Source: Owenia fusiformis (lineage: Eukaryota). Taken from it: a DNA stretch of 64,000 nt. A program made the translations under genes and the position numbers. The stretch spans positions 49,352,001 to 49,416,000 of the forward strand of contig CAIIXF020000001.1 in assembly GCA_903813345.2 (NCBI GenBank), written 5' to 3'. The notes beneath the pieces are model-generated. The model searched no databases. It was not told where the DNA came from and was given only the letters and a program-made list of their open reading frames with translations. Within the stretch, counting starts at the first letter, position 1, and each line of letters opens with the position of its first letter. Below are positions 1 to 14,800 of the stretch, piece by piece.

Positions 1-14
1 GTACATGGTATAAT

Positions 15-554
15 GTGAAACAAGCAGATGTTGTTCCTGACAAATTTAAAGGCACAAGTGAAGTAGCATGGAGAGATTACCAAATACATTTTGAAACAGT
101 GGCGGTGATTAATAATTGGAACGATGCCCAAAAGGTGGCTCATTTGGCTGTCAATTTACGGGGAGATGCACAGCAATTATTGGGTGACATGAGTACAGCC
201 ACAAGAAATAATTACTCAATGATGGTTGATGAGTTGAGTAGACGTTTTGATGATATATGTAACATTGAAACATTTAGAGTACAATTGAAAAACAGGATGA
301 AGAAGAAAGAAGAATCCTATCAAGAATTTGGACACGCTATAAAAAGATTAGCAAGGCGAGGTTACCCAGAATTTTCAGCAGTGGGACATGAAACTATAGC
401 TGTTGAACATGTGATTAATAAGTTACCAGACAGAGATGCCAGAATGTATGTACAAACAAAGAAACCAAAAACAGTGACAGAGGCTATTAACTTAGCGATG
501 GAACTAGATGCATTTAGATTAACAGAGAAACAAAGGAGTGATATACTGGCATAA
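15..554 (+). mobile_element. Gag (capsid-like) ORF of a Ty3/gypsy-like LTR retrotransposon, probably 5' truncated by the window edge
   Basis: PDKFKG..W..Y..HFE.VA..N.W....K...L...LRG.A, L..RF, R.K..EES..EF...I..LA...YP and P.T..EA...A are typical invertebrate retrotransposon gag patterns. Confidence 0.8.
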
Positions 555-600
555 CCTGAAATATTTTGTAATTGAATTAGATGCGGGACGCATCTCATTA

Positions 601-1956
601 AGGGGGGAGTTGTGTGATGATCTGAGGAGACAAAACCTGAAATATTTTGTAAAAATATCAGTCCCCTGTTGAAATGATGTTGAAGACATGACGTTTTACC
701 TTAGAATGCTGAATCTTTTAAATCAACTGAATTGTCCCTATGTTGTGGCAGAAGAACTAGCCGTTTGATTGTAGTTTGAAGAAGTTATGACATGAAACAT
801 GAGAAATCGTAGAAATTTCCAGGTGTCGTCCGCCATATTGGATTGCATTCGAAAATAGTCTCACTTGACGACCAATACGTTTCGATGTTAAAATGTGATT
901 CAACGCACTAAATAGGGAATCTTCTACATAATAACTTAAAGATGAACTCTATGATCGTAATTATATATATGACGGCGATGTATGATACCGATAGCGTGGT
1001 AAAAATGTTGATTCTAGATTGACAATGGTGCGTGACGTCATTAATAATGCGTTCGTGATTGGTTCCTCTATAAAAGAGTGAGGCGGGGAATTTGAATTGT
1101 CTTTGGCATTGGTAACTCGGAGTGGCAACACGTACTCTGAATGGTGAGAGTCCGCGACAGCCCTATTAATGTTATTTGTAATATAATTTCCCGTCCCAAG
1201 TGTGTCTGAATGTTTGGACTTGTGTTTGAAATTGGTTTTGATGACATTTTGGTAGTGTTCTTTGAATAATTGTGTGTAGAAGTCCGCGACTGGTCTGCGA
1301 CTTTTGGTAGAAAAGTCCGCGACTTTTGATTATTGTTGGATTTGTAATTCATGATCTAGAATTGTATATCCCAGTGTGTGGACAGTGTTTCTAATTGCTT
1401 ATGAATGATTCTTGAGGTATAATAACAGTGTGAAATGTGACGTTTAGTACGCGACTGAATGGAATAACTGACAGCTGATTTGGTCTAGACGTTTCTGGGC
1501 AATTGTGGTCAATTACCGAACAAATTTAGAGTCTTTCATACAGTGACTGACTATTGGTATGTGATTGATTGGGAATAAACGGCACATTGATGATTCAGTT
1601 AGTATACATATATTGACAAGAAACACTTAAAGAAGCAAGAACTTGGGCCGCTACCATTATATTGATTAGTTCTTGGAATATGCACTGAGTGACCTTTGTG
1701 TGAGTGAAACCTGGTTGTTATGGGATATTGGATGTGGAATAAATACTGATTGATGAATTATTAGTGGAGATATCATAGCAGTGACATATCTTCTACATAT
1801 ATTAGAGACATTTTGAATAGATAATCATCTTAACTGAGTGATTTAAGTGTACATATTATAGGTTAATAAACGTGTATATAGTATTGAATATAAACTAAGT
1901 GTCAGTTTCCTGATTTAGCATCTGGGTCTAGTTGTGTAGAGACCTTGCATGCTACA
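601..1956 (+). mobile_element. Polypurine tract and putative 3' LTR of the gypsy-like element
   Basis: AGGGGGGAG at 601-609 followed by TGT, internal AATAAA signals, and a candidate ...TACA end at 1956. The right boundary is uncertain because the 5' LTR is outside the window. Confidence 0.45.
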
Positions 1957-2148
1957 ACAGTGTAACAATGTCTGGTACAACCGTGACAATGTATAACAGT
2001 GTAACAATGTCTGGTACAACCGGGACAATGTATAACAGTGTAACAATGTCTGGTACAACCGTGACAATGTATAACAGTGTAACAATGTCTGGTACAACCG
2101 TGACAATGTATAACAGTGTAACAATGTCTGGTACAACCGGGACAATGT
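1953..2148. repeat. 39-bp minisatellite, about 5 copies
   Basis: Unit tataacagtgtaacaatgtctggtacaaccgtgacaatg. Confidence 0.95.
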
Positions 2149-2799
2149 TAATTATGTTAATATATAACGTGCCACGGTTGCGGCAGATTCCTGCAGTTTT
2201 CGCTAACATTGCCACGGTTGTGCCAGAAAAAAACCTGCATTTGAGTGTGTCTCGTTATTTTTGCTGATCCAGTGGCAGGAGAAGAATCCCGGGAAAGATA
2301 GATTATACAACAATTTCGAAGGTTAGAGCTATTTTGTTCGTATGCTGTTGGGGTGAGAAAATAGTTTAACATGCATTCTTTAACATACATCTCTAAGAAA
2401 AGATCGTGCTATATATTTATGAAATCAATATTGTATTTACAGCATAATCGTGAAAAGTATGGAGATATTACCTTGCCGGTGTACTGAGCAGCCATTTTGA
2501 TGAAAAGCTAGCGTGTTTATTTTAATAATTCAATTCGTATGAGATTATAAAAGTTTCTATTTGATTTAACTAGCTAATATTAGGTAATAGTATATACTTG
2601 TCTAATCAAAATTATTAATATCAATTGTATTAACACTTTTTTTTTTAGTTTTACTCAAAATCGTTTAAAACTGAATACATTTTTGCTATAAGATAATACA
2701 AAACAATAAAATTGAAAAAAGTTGCTAGCTCTGTAGAACGTTTCAGAAAAAGTTCACGTTTTTTAAATAATCCGAATTTAGACTGTCATAAACCTTGAA

Positions 2800-2802
2800 A
2801 TG
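2800..2802 (+). CDS. LTV1: LTV1 coding exon 1 (initiator ATG only)
   Basis: gaaATG|gtaagt is a strong donor, and exon 2 begins in phase 0 without its own Met. Confidence 0.7.
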
Positions 2803-5800
2803 GTAAGTAATAATTATTTTGTTACCTTATAATGGGTTTAGCATGCATTTTAGCAGTTTACCACGTATTATATCCCAAACCTAGTCTGGATAATTTGGGC
2901 CCATGCTTAGAAGTGAACCTCACATTTCTCAAGTCACTCAGTCATAGAAATATTGGGATTCTCTAGAGCCCATGATTGTACCAAAACAATTTTGTCCCGG
3001 ATGTGATCTACCTAACTTTTCCAACAGCTTCTTCAACGACTCCACTCTTTCTCAATCCTGGGAAACAAACTCCTTCAGGGCTCTTTCAGATCTTGACTAT
3101 TCATCATCATCTGATGATGAATCGGAATCAGCACCACCGAGGATGACTGCAAAAAAATAGTCGAAACAAGGTTCACCTCATGTCTGTCAACTTCTGCTCA
3201 GCTGTCTAATCAGTCATGAGAAGCAACTACAACTTAACTAATTGAAACTCATAAGCAGGATCTCATCATAGGCTGTAAAGACTCACCTGGACAATACTGT
3301 TGACAGCAAATGGATCTTCAGCCAAGACTACCTCACCTCCATACAGGAAAGACTGAAAGAAAAGGTGCTGGCGGCATTCTTAATGCAGTCAAAAGTGACT
3401 TCGTATCAGTCAGTGTGAAGCCACAGCTGATTAAATATGGGCATACTGTTTGGGTCTTTTTATCGTTAGCCAAACAATGATACTGGTGCTTTGGATTTGC
3501 TCCAAATATCCCTCGATAAACTATATGTTAATGGTAATACAAATTTGAACATCTTTCTATGTGGAGACTTCAACCTACCAATCAAGGTAGAAAGAGTTGA
3601 AGAAGTGAATTATTTCAGGTTCAAGCTCTCCCGCAAAGAAGTACACTCTCGCAATTTTCATTCTGATTTTCTGCCCTCAAGATTGGATCATTAAGGTCAG
3701 GGTGCACTTTGATGAAATTTCATGACCATGTGCTATTTTCAGATAAACATAACTCATTCCACACATCATCTACATCTTACATTCTTGCACTAAAGATGTA
3801 TTGGTATACCTAGACTATTAACTGAGGGTTGATAATTCTTCAGAATGTTTGAATAAATAGAATATTCAGTGGTTTACCTTTCAAAATTGCAAAAAATTCC
3901 AAAGTGAACTCTGACCTGAATGACTCTGGCTAGACATTAGACAACGCTAAATAAATGTTAAAACTGTGGCAACTTTAACTGGCTTCCATTTTTGAAGATT
4001 GCTCTAAATCAGAAGTCATGTGGCCATCAGGCAAACAATCTAAATTTTCATCAATTCTAATCAGTGAATATCATGTAACAAAACTGGAAAAGTGCTGAAT
4101 CATTTCTTTCACCAAGTAAACTTTAAATATATTTGTCGCTAATTTGTCTTTCAATTACTGTACGCTTGCAATGTCTCTTAAAGGTTGCAAGCAGATATAC
4201 TGTATATGTTACAAGTCACACAAAAAACTTTTAGGTACAATGCGCGTTGGTATTATGGCATTCCGTATAACGCCTTTCGGTACAATGCGCATCAGTATAA
4301 TGGGTCTTGGTGTAACGCATACACCCCAAAATATTAGGGGATCAGCTTAGGTGATAGAATAAAATGAGATCAGTGGCAATAGGAAAATCTGCCTAACAAT
4401 TATGATAATGAAAATGAAAGACAAGATACAACATAAATTTCAAACATGTGAGAAATGAATCTACCAGAACTTAGAGCATTGACATTGCAAATTCAGTTTT
4501 TAATTAACACTTAATTGCATTAACGAATATTTACTTCTCAATGTACATTTAACTGCAACATAAGAAATATCTGATAAAATCACTGAAAAGTTCAATTTGA
4601 AGTTTACTCATGCAAATGAGTTAATCTGATTACGTTTTGAGATGATTTTTGATTGGTCAGTCAACATGGAAGTCCCTCTATGTTAGATACACTGAAGGCG
4701 ACTGTCAGGCTACTTTGTTGACATCACTCTTGTTTACCAGTAGTGCTGATCATTCTTATGATCCCATGTAGTTTGGACAGTGTTGATGCAATCGAGTCAC
4801 TGGAATGTTACGACATTTTGTATTTCCCAAAATCAGTCCATATCACTCCAGCGTATATGATTGTGTTCGAATCAACTGTAGGCCTAATTGAACTTAGAGT
4901 GGCATAATAAGATTATATAATGGTTCATTCTGTATATCATGCATTTTATACTCTTGTGAGAATATAATATATTCACTCGTTCGCTACGCTCACTTGTGAA
5001 TATATCATATACTCACTCGAGTATAAACACGATATACAGAAAGAACCATTATATAACCTTATAATACATATACCCAAATACATGTGCTCTATATATTATA
5101 CCACTATACATACCTGCTTTAATATATAATGTGAATACTGTTTCAGCCTGGAAGAAAGAAACGATTTATAGATAAGAAGAATGCTGTGACATTTCACTTG
5201 GTCCATAGGAGTCAACGTGATCCTCTTCAAGCAGATGAAGATGCATCCAAGCATGTTCTCCTCCCGGTGGAGGGAGATGTTGTAAGTACAGTATACAGTA
5301 TACAGATTACAGGGGTGGAACTAGAAACTGACAAAGAGGGTAATGAAATATTAATAAATGATGTTACATTTTGAAAATTTGAAATTTTCAAGGAAAGAAA
5401 TATAAATAATCCACCCTAGGAGGGAGGTGGCAGATCTGCCTGGGAATCCTGATTTATAAACTGACTTGGATTTTTGTAATTCTTTCATTTGCTTCAAATT
5501 ATCGCATTTACTGAAGTGGCAGTACGTAGCAGACATATAAAACTTCCCCTAAACTTGAATAATATATAGATTAAAGGGATCAATTTTCTTCTAATCTTTT
5601 GAGCTTGATGATTATTCAATTTGAAATATGTTCAGTAAAAAATAATATCTAAATTGTTTTTGTTGATGAATAATTTTAAAATCACATTTCTAGATGTGAT
5701 TTTGTGTGCAGATTTTAAATAGAATATTACTTTTACTAAATTCTGAATATTTAATAAAAATCAAGATTATTTTTACTTGCATCTAGTTTATTAAACTGTT

Positions 5801-8800
5801 TCTATTTTATGTTAAATATGTAATTATGTAGGTTATATGCTGTGTGATTTTTAAATTTGACAGGCCAAGAGAAAAAAAGAGGAAGAGAGAAAGTTTGGTG
5901 TTTTTTACGATGATGATTATGATTATATGCAACATTTACGTGATGTAGATGAAATTAATCAAGTTGAACCAGTGCAACAACTCTCCAGAGGACATAAAGA
6001 AGACATCGCAACATTAGATGTTGTCAACCAAAAGGTATTTCAAAATGCTTCATTATCTTTAGATGGTGTATAAGGCTTGTTATCTATCTTAGCTTCTTCA
6101 AGCACTGTGGGTGAAAATATGCAAAATCGATTTTTACCTTTGATGGAAATTTCAGTACATGCAATTCATGTTACAAAGAGATAAATTGAATGGCTTCCAT
6201 AATTCTAAGAGATAGGGATCTGCTGCTTATCAAGGGTTTCATTAGTTGAAGGCAACATGCAATTTGGTAAAAGCAACCAAAGAAGATTTGTTGAGAAATT
6301 TTTCAGTGCTTTAAAAAATTATATTTTCCAATATTTGTGCCTGTTGATTTGATTTTTTCCTGTTCCCAGAATTTTTAATGAAACCCCTGCTATGTTTTGT
6401 ACATCTGTCATTTATACATATAACATCCATGAATCATACCCTATACTTTAAGGAAAAAAAGCTCAATCTTCCCTCGTCAGCTTTTGCATCTGAAGTTGAA
6501 ACAGACGTGGGTCTGTTGAATAAAGCTGCACCCTTGAGAGGCCCACAGCTGGACTGGGACCCTGATATAGTGGCAGCATTGGATGAGGACTTTGATTACG
6601 AAGATGAAGACAATCTTCTGGATGATGACTTTGTTGTGAAGGCTAATGAAGGCGAGATATTGTATGATGAGGATGAACCAAGGTATGCTTTAAATAGCTG
6701 CATTTATTTCTGATATTAAGTTTGTAATAAATATGTCCATCAGTTCAAATTCTTTACGTTGATAATTTTGTATTAGACAATTGTATGAACCTGCAGTTTC
6801 AACTTATTTATGAATACTGACTTCAAAGTATTTATTTGGACATAAACTAGACAATAAAAAATCCAAAATTCTAAATCTGTGTTGAATAAATGCTCTAAGT
6901 AAGTAAGTGTCGAATCCTTTTTGACAGATCTTCTGAAGATGAAGAATGGGAAGATGTTGAAGATGAAGATGACAAACAAAAAGTTGACAAAGTTAATGTT
7001 GATGAAGAGAAGGGTTTTGCATCAGATGAAGCTGAAGATGATTTCTCTGAAGATGGGAGTTGGGGGCAAGGATTTTCGGATGAGGAAACAAAATCTCGCT
7101 TTACAGCTTACTCAATGACATCATCAGTTGTTCATAGAAATAAAGGTCTAACATTATTGGATGATCGATTTGAAAAGGTTTGTGCACATGTATATAAGGC
7201 CAGGTAAATAATTGAGTCACTATTATTGTAATCTCACCCAAAAAAATTTGACTTTGTAATAGAATGTTGCTTTTATAATAACAACAATTTATCAGTAAAC
7301 TTAATCAAGTTTGTACTCTAGTATATCTCTAACTTAATTTTTATTGAACAAACTAAGCAAATCAGTTCAGATAAGAGTGATATTGAGCAAAATACACGTA
7401 CATGGTTGTTCCTAGAAAAATGCATTATTACATGCTATTGTTAAGGTGAGCGCTCACAAACTCTGAGTCTTTTCTACCAGTCATTTAACAAAATGTGGAC
7501 AATCCTTTAAATTCTATTTCTATACACCTTCTACCTTCTACTACACCTTCACTAGTAATGATGGTGTTAGAGCTTTTACTGCATGCCTCTTGGTTTATTC
7601 CTTTATGTAAAATTCTTTCAGTTGTATGAGGAGTATGACGAAACAGAGATAGGTGCTCTTGACCATGAGGAAATCGATGGCCATCTACAACAGAACAGCG
7701 ATCTGCTCAACTTAGCTATGAATGAGTTTGAGAAGCAGCAGGACCAAATGTAAGTTCGCAGATTTACCAAAAGGATGTGTCCGGGTATATGCCCTTTTGG
7801 TCCCTCAGTGACATGTGTTTTTTATTACTGTCCTAGTTATATTTCATAAGTATATTTACTTTTTCACAAGTTTTGATGCATAATTAATCCCCTGCTGAGA
7901 GTCAGAATATAAGTATCTTAACGAAAAGAAATAGTCATTATCATAGAAAAACACCAATGGCAACATGTATGACTTACAAAGAAGAAATAAATTAAGCCCC
8001 ATGAAGAATTTAAAAGAAAATCATATTTTTGAAATATGTTTAATGATTAAAATTTTTTCAAATTTTTTAATTTCCGACCAGTTTAATTTGAAGGGGGAAA
8101 AACAAGATGGCTGCCATTTGATGTAAGAAATATCAGAAAAAAAGTTTGTTCACTTTTAGTTTTCACAATGAGGACAGTTTTCCGGTTTAGGTTTTTTGAC
8201 TGATTCTGATTCTTCATCACCAGGGTCATGTATAGAGATTATAAAATTGAAACCAAAATGTTGTGCTCAGCATGAATTTGACTGAAATATGTGTAACTTC
8301 ACCAACACAATTGAAGTCTCAAAACTGGATGCTCAGTAACTTTGAGTGACTATAATCCCTTGATTACCCAGATAAACACCAATTCACTTATCCAGAAATA
8401 CCATTCAATGTCTATAAAAAGAAAGTAAGCAATGTTTTGGAGGATATGTTTCAAACGTTTTGTATAAATAATTCATTTTATATTTGCCATTGATTTTTTT
8501 TCAATTCTGACAAAGTGATATGCACTGTCTTTGATGCCAATATTCTTCATTAGGCCTAATTGTGATACAAATTGATATTTTTGTACTCTCAGAAGAAGGA
8601 TAAGATACTGAAGTTTAATAATATGTGTGATTGAGTTGGTTTTTCAGACATTACAATTTTCAATATTTTCTAAGTCGATACCCAGACTCATTCCCAGACT
8701 CATCCTTTGAAATAAGTGTCCTCTATTAAATTGCATTTTTGAGCATCACTGCCAAAATTGAATAGGAGGACAAATTTTATTTGATGAATATCTGAATTGC

Positions 8801-11800
8801 CCAAAGAGATCATTCCTTAATGGGTATCAGTATCAAATCCACAAATTCAAACATTACTATTCAAAATGATAAATTTACCAAATTAAAAAGTGCCGAAATA
8901 ACAATGGTTGCAGTTATCCATGTGATGCAGTTATTTAATTTGAATCATAATCAACTGTAATGGTGTCTTATTTATAGAGTTTTGATTAAATGTTATATTG
9001 ATATGATTAGTAAAAATTTTTCACGATGATGCTGGTTTTGTCAGTCTTCCTCTCAACTGTCAATAATGGACTTCAGAATGAAAGAAGGGAGAATCTCATT
9101 GAATCAGTATGTGCATATATTAACTCTATTCATTAAACTATGGGGGAGGGGCTATGAGCCCTTATAGTCAGTTTATATCACACAATGTTTATTTCCAGTT
9201 ATATTGTTTTGCATGGTTACAGTGGCAGAATGTCTTTAATGAACTTTTAAATAATCCTATATTGAGCATATGAGATGCTTTCTTATCTGTTATTTAACTA
9301 ACCACTTAACCTCGTAATATTTTTCATTTCTTATCTAGTCTTCTGAAAGATGTCATAGTGAAGGGCAATCCAGATGATGTTCAGAGCAGCTCTGATTCAG
9401 AGGACAACACACAGATGATAACTGTTGAACTGGACATGCCTAAGAAAGAATGGGACTGTGAATCAATACTTAGTAAGTAAAAGCCAGCAGTGCTTATCCC
9501 AGCATTAAAGCGAATGGGCGCTGCATCCATATGGGATTTTGAAAATAGGCTTGCACCCACTTGGGAACCAATTTGCACCAAATGTCATATTTTCATCAAT
9601 CGGGAAGAAGACTCGCCAGTTTTACATCTTTTATTCGGATTTCAACAGTTTTGCCTTTTGGGAGCCTAATAAGCACAACAAATAGATATTTAATTAGCTT
9701 TAGGATTAGTATTCATATATTGAATATATATATCCTTTAATTAGCTATAATGATGAGTAATTATCCCACCGAACGAAGTTCGAGGGGGATATAGAAAAGC
9801 CGTCCGTCCCTACCTCCGCCTCCGACCCCGGTCAAAATGTGACCTGAGATGAATTTTGATATAATTTCAAAATTTGTAGCTAATATTTGTTATAAATTCA
9901 TAACATGTTATAATTATCAATAAGGGTTCTATTCAATACAGAATTCATTAATTTAGTAGCTAATTAAAAAATATTGAGGTCACATTAACTTTGGCAGTGG
10001 GGTAGGCGCGACTTGACACAAAACGACTTTCTAGCGGTCAGTTTTAAATGTAATCTGTACCTCAAAACATGATTTTTTGGGTTATTTTAAGATAGCAATG
10101 AAGTTCTCAAAATTTGCTTTGAAGATTTTAGCGTAAAACAGATTTTTCAAAAATATTAGTCAATAGTACATAGAATACTACAGTATAATTTTGAACAAGT
10201 GACAAAAAAGAAAACATTTTTTAAGTCAATGTGCTCTTGATCAAATCTCTCGAAAGTTAGTGAAAAGCTTTATTTTGGCTTATTAAATATATACTGTGAA
10301 ACATGTTGAAATCTTTTTACTCAGATATGAATAAATTGATATTTTGTACTTTTTCTCTAGGTCACATGTACCCCATGCGTCCACCATCATGAAAAAATAT
10401 TTGTTCATCAATAATATTTTCTTGTAATAGGTAGATGTGATAAATTCCTACATTAGAAAAGAATAAACACATTTATGTCAAGTATCTAGAGTACTTAATT
10501 TCAATATTTATTTTCAATACTTGTTTAAATATTATGTTTTGCCCCAAGGCGCACATACCCCACCTCATGTAAAAATATGAAAATTTTCAATAAATCCTCT
10601 TCCCTTCAAAAGTTGATGGTAATTTTAATCTTTATTTCATTGTTACCTTCTCTGAAATGTTAACAAATAAAAATAGCCCATTTAGATCACCCATGGTATC
10701 ATTTTAAATTATATTTTCAGACATTAAGATACTAGATAAGATGCATTTAAACATTGATTACCAGCATATCATATGAGTATAGTTTCCTTCAAGGCAGAAT
10801 CTGATCTAAAGCATTGACAAAATAGGAAAGTTTCTAAATAGCAGAAAAAGCAATGAAATCTAGTGCTGCCATCTTTTATTCAGCTTTTAATTTGGGCTTC
10901 AGCTCCATTCACTTACATGCTAAAATCTTGGAAAAATGGCTTAATTTCATGATTTATCAGAAGAGTGTTAGTTGATTCTGTATAAAACTTGAATGATATA
11001 CCACATGATGACATGTTGTTTGACATTTAAAGAATTTTAGCATTGCATCTATGGAGATTTGGCCCAAGTGTTTTTAATTGTCATAGAAAATTATTCAAAT
11101 TACATAATGGTGTAAATCAAAGCTATTATAGGAGAAAACATTTCACTGAATTTAAATATGCCATTTAGAAGAAGGTAATGTAATCAATTGGTAAAGACTA
11201 AAGAAATGAGGCCAAAATTCAATAAGATTGAAATAATTGCTTCTTGTGCTTGTCTATGTCTGTTCATTATCTGTTTTCACACCATTGGTAGGATATGGTC
11301 GTTATGATGACTATGTTTTCATTATCATGATTGTCCCACTTTTTCAGAATTCAGCTGATTATCTATTAAATATTAAATATAAAATTTTTGTTCATAATGA
11401 GTAAATAATTTGAAGAGAATTACCCCCGGTCAGTTTTCAATCATGATAGGAACTGGATGTGAACAGGTGAAATTATCATAATCATTAGTTCACCAACATT
11501 ATAACATGTCTCCCATGCATAAAAATATATAGATAGACTTATCTATTTTAGTTAATCTTCAGTGTCATTTGATGAATGACCTGTTCAAATTAAAAACATT
11601 TGCTCTTATTCATTAAATCATTGACTTCACTACTTCCATAATTCAAATAACTAGACGATTACTTCCTATTTATTTCTGCAAGTCATATCAGATCGTATCT
11701 TGAAAATATTATACTTGAAAACATTGGGATATAGAATTGATATCTTGGATGAGCGTGACATATATAAAGATTATCCTATATGAGCTTCAGGATAGGATAA

Positions 11801-14800
11801 TATGTATATCCCATACCAATCTTGGTCATCTGGTTCACATTGTTCAATCGTGGAAATATTTTAGAATATTCATGTCCAGTTTTGTTTTTTTGGCCGTGGG
11901 CGGATTTTCCTGTTCTCTCAAATATTCCCAATATACGTCTTATATACGTCCAAGTATGCGATTAACATATATATATATTTCAATGTTTATTTCCCGCTGC
12001 GTATCTCCCGATCCATATATTCCCGGGAAAATGTTTTTATTCAGTGCAGTGTAGAAACAGTCAATTTGTTAAAATATTTTGCTAAAGCAAAACTGTCAAA
12101 TTAGATCCAGCAGACCGTAGAGTTTTTTTTAACCAAAATGATGATGGATTTCTCGAAAATAATGAGAATGAGAACGCTTTTATAGAAAACAAACATGGAT
12201 ATGGGTGTCCTGATTTCACTTGTGAAACCTCACTTGTCATTGAATAAATTAGTTATGTGATGATCGGTTTTGAATAATGATCACTGGGAAGATTTCAGAG
12301 AAAGAGCGTATATCATATAATGTTTATTGATGATATGTTGACATTGCTGATCATTATTGACATCGCTGATGGCGAATAAATACCTAAAGGTAACACTTTG
12401 CGCGAATGTCACTTATGGTGAATTTCTAATGGAACTTGTCACTACGACATAATAACCATTTAACAGGATAGTGTATGACCACTATCAGATAATTTAACCG
12501 AGTTGTTTGTAACTTCACAATTTACATATTTTGTTTACAATCGCACGAGACATGTGACCCCCGGTATGTGAAGCTGATCTGAGAAGTCTTAATAAACAAT
12601 AGTTCTGTCAAAAAGTGATTAAATTAAATTACATAAGATTCGGAATGAAAGTGCCCCCTCCATATTTCATATTTGATTAAAAATAATTAGTTCTTTGGGC
12701 AAATAGAATCCTTTTTATTGCAGTTAATTCAAAATATTCCTATGCTTGCTGTACTAATTCTTCAAAACTTTCCATCATTGACGTCATACACGGGTAAGTG
12801 AGGCTGATCTGAGAAGTCTTAATAAACAATAGTTCTGTCAAAAAATGGTTAAATTAAATTACATAACATTCGAAATGAAAGTGCCCCGTCCATATTTCAT
12901 ATTTGATTAAAAATAATTAGTTCTTTGGGCAAATAGAGTCCTTTTTATTGCAGTTAATTCAAAATATTCCTTTGCTTGCTGTACTAATTCTTCAAAACTT
13001 TCCATCATTGACGTCATTGATTTGACTCATTTGCATACAACCAATCAGCGCGCCGGAAATTATCGATTTTCTTTACTTTGTGGAAAGGTGAATTACAACT
13101 TGAAATTCAATGATCTGATCCTGTATTTGAGTTACAATATATTATGTAATTAAATGAACATTGGAATGTAAGCCGTCATTAATGGAAATTAAATCATGCG
13201 ATCCAATGTTGATTCCCTAGGGATTTTTCAAAATAGATCTGAAAATTGGTTTTTCAATCAGCCAATACATCAAATTAAAACATTTCAAAATTAAGTGTAT
13301 CTACAGCCTGTGGTGGATCTGGTCTGTGTGACATAAGGCCATTAATTATGCATTGCATTATACAGGGTGTTCAGTAGATAAGGTGAATAGGTCTGGTATT
13401 TCATTAGAATTGGGTCTAAACATCAACAATCTTTTCTGGTGATACTATTCTGTCGTGATTTAGTATGAATAATTAGTTTCTGTATACAATTTTGCCATTT
13501 GACCTGAATTATATTCTGTATATTGAATAATTTTTATGATTTTTATTATTAATTAAAAACAAATTCATTTAAATATTTCATGGATAAAGCAACTACAGTA
13601 GAACCTGTATATCTGTATATCATATTAATTCATCAAAAATATTTAGAACTTGAATGAGTATTTTATCAAGAGTTTGCCAGTTCTTTCAATAACTAGTTTC
13701 AATATATTTTTCATGTGTAATTTAACTTGCATCAACTTCAATAATATTATCTTCAAACTTATTCAGTGAGCAGGACTCTGGCTCTTTCCAATGTTGCTCT
13801 ATAGATGTTAAATAAATGAATTTTTGATTGAGTCAGTAGCATGCAGGCCCGTAGCCAGGTGGGGGGGGGGTTCGCAGGGTTTAGGCGAACCTCCCCTAGC
13901 CAAAAATTCTTTCAAAATCATGCAGTTTTTCACCATTTTGAGCACTTCTAAAGTGATTTTAGCCATATTTGGGCCAAAATTGTCAATTGTGAACCCCCTG
14001 GAAATTTTTGAAAACTGAACCCCTCCCTTGGCAAATCCTGGCTACGGGCCTGAGCATGTAATGTAATCATATTTTATTCTATTCTAGCCCACACTCAAAA
14101 CATAACATAACTCTGCAAGTGTTGGATGCATTAATGCAGAAAATAGTATATTATCTCAACAATAATATGTGTACATTATAGTTATAACATTTTAAACATT
14201 TTCTTGCTAGTAAAATAACATGGATTGCTAAACAGTATACTGCATTTAAATTTTTAACATTCACATCTTTGTAGGTGTACTCATAATGTTGGTGCCTCAA
14301 ATGACTCCCAACTTACTAATATTAAAATTAGGTGCTTGAAAAAATCACTTACCTCGAAATGGATGAAAGATTCTGAGGTAATTGATTTTTTCAAGCACTG
14401 ATTTTTAACAAAAATAAGTTGAGATCATAGCCACCACAAATCCACCTAATGCACCTTCAAGTGTGTACTTTACTACTTAATCTAAATAACAGTTGTCACA
14501 TTTTAACATATTCTTGCAAGTAAATAATTATGATAAGTAAACTACTGTAACATGGATTGCTTAACGTTGTATGAAAACCATTTTACTCAATTTAGAAAGT
14601 GTGACTTTCAAAAAGGTGTTATTCGCTCTTATGTTGAACCAATCATTGCATGATTGAGTCCATTCTCATAAATTTTGCTAAGGTCATAATATCACTTGCA
14701 ATTGAGTGTGGAATCAATCAAGCTATAACGCTATTGAAAGCATGTAAGTTATATAACAACAAACATTGGCAGCGTATGGGGATTAAAACTTTTTTAACCC

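Noticed and set aside
1915..2267. Repetitive ORFs on both strands
   Set aside because: By-products of a 39-bp (3n) minisatellite
6921..7118. Lys/Met-rich ORF
   Set aside because: Out-of-frame reading of the acidic LTV1 exon 5
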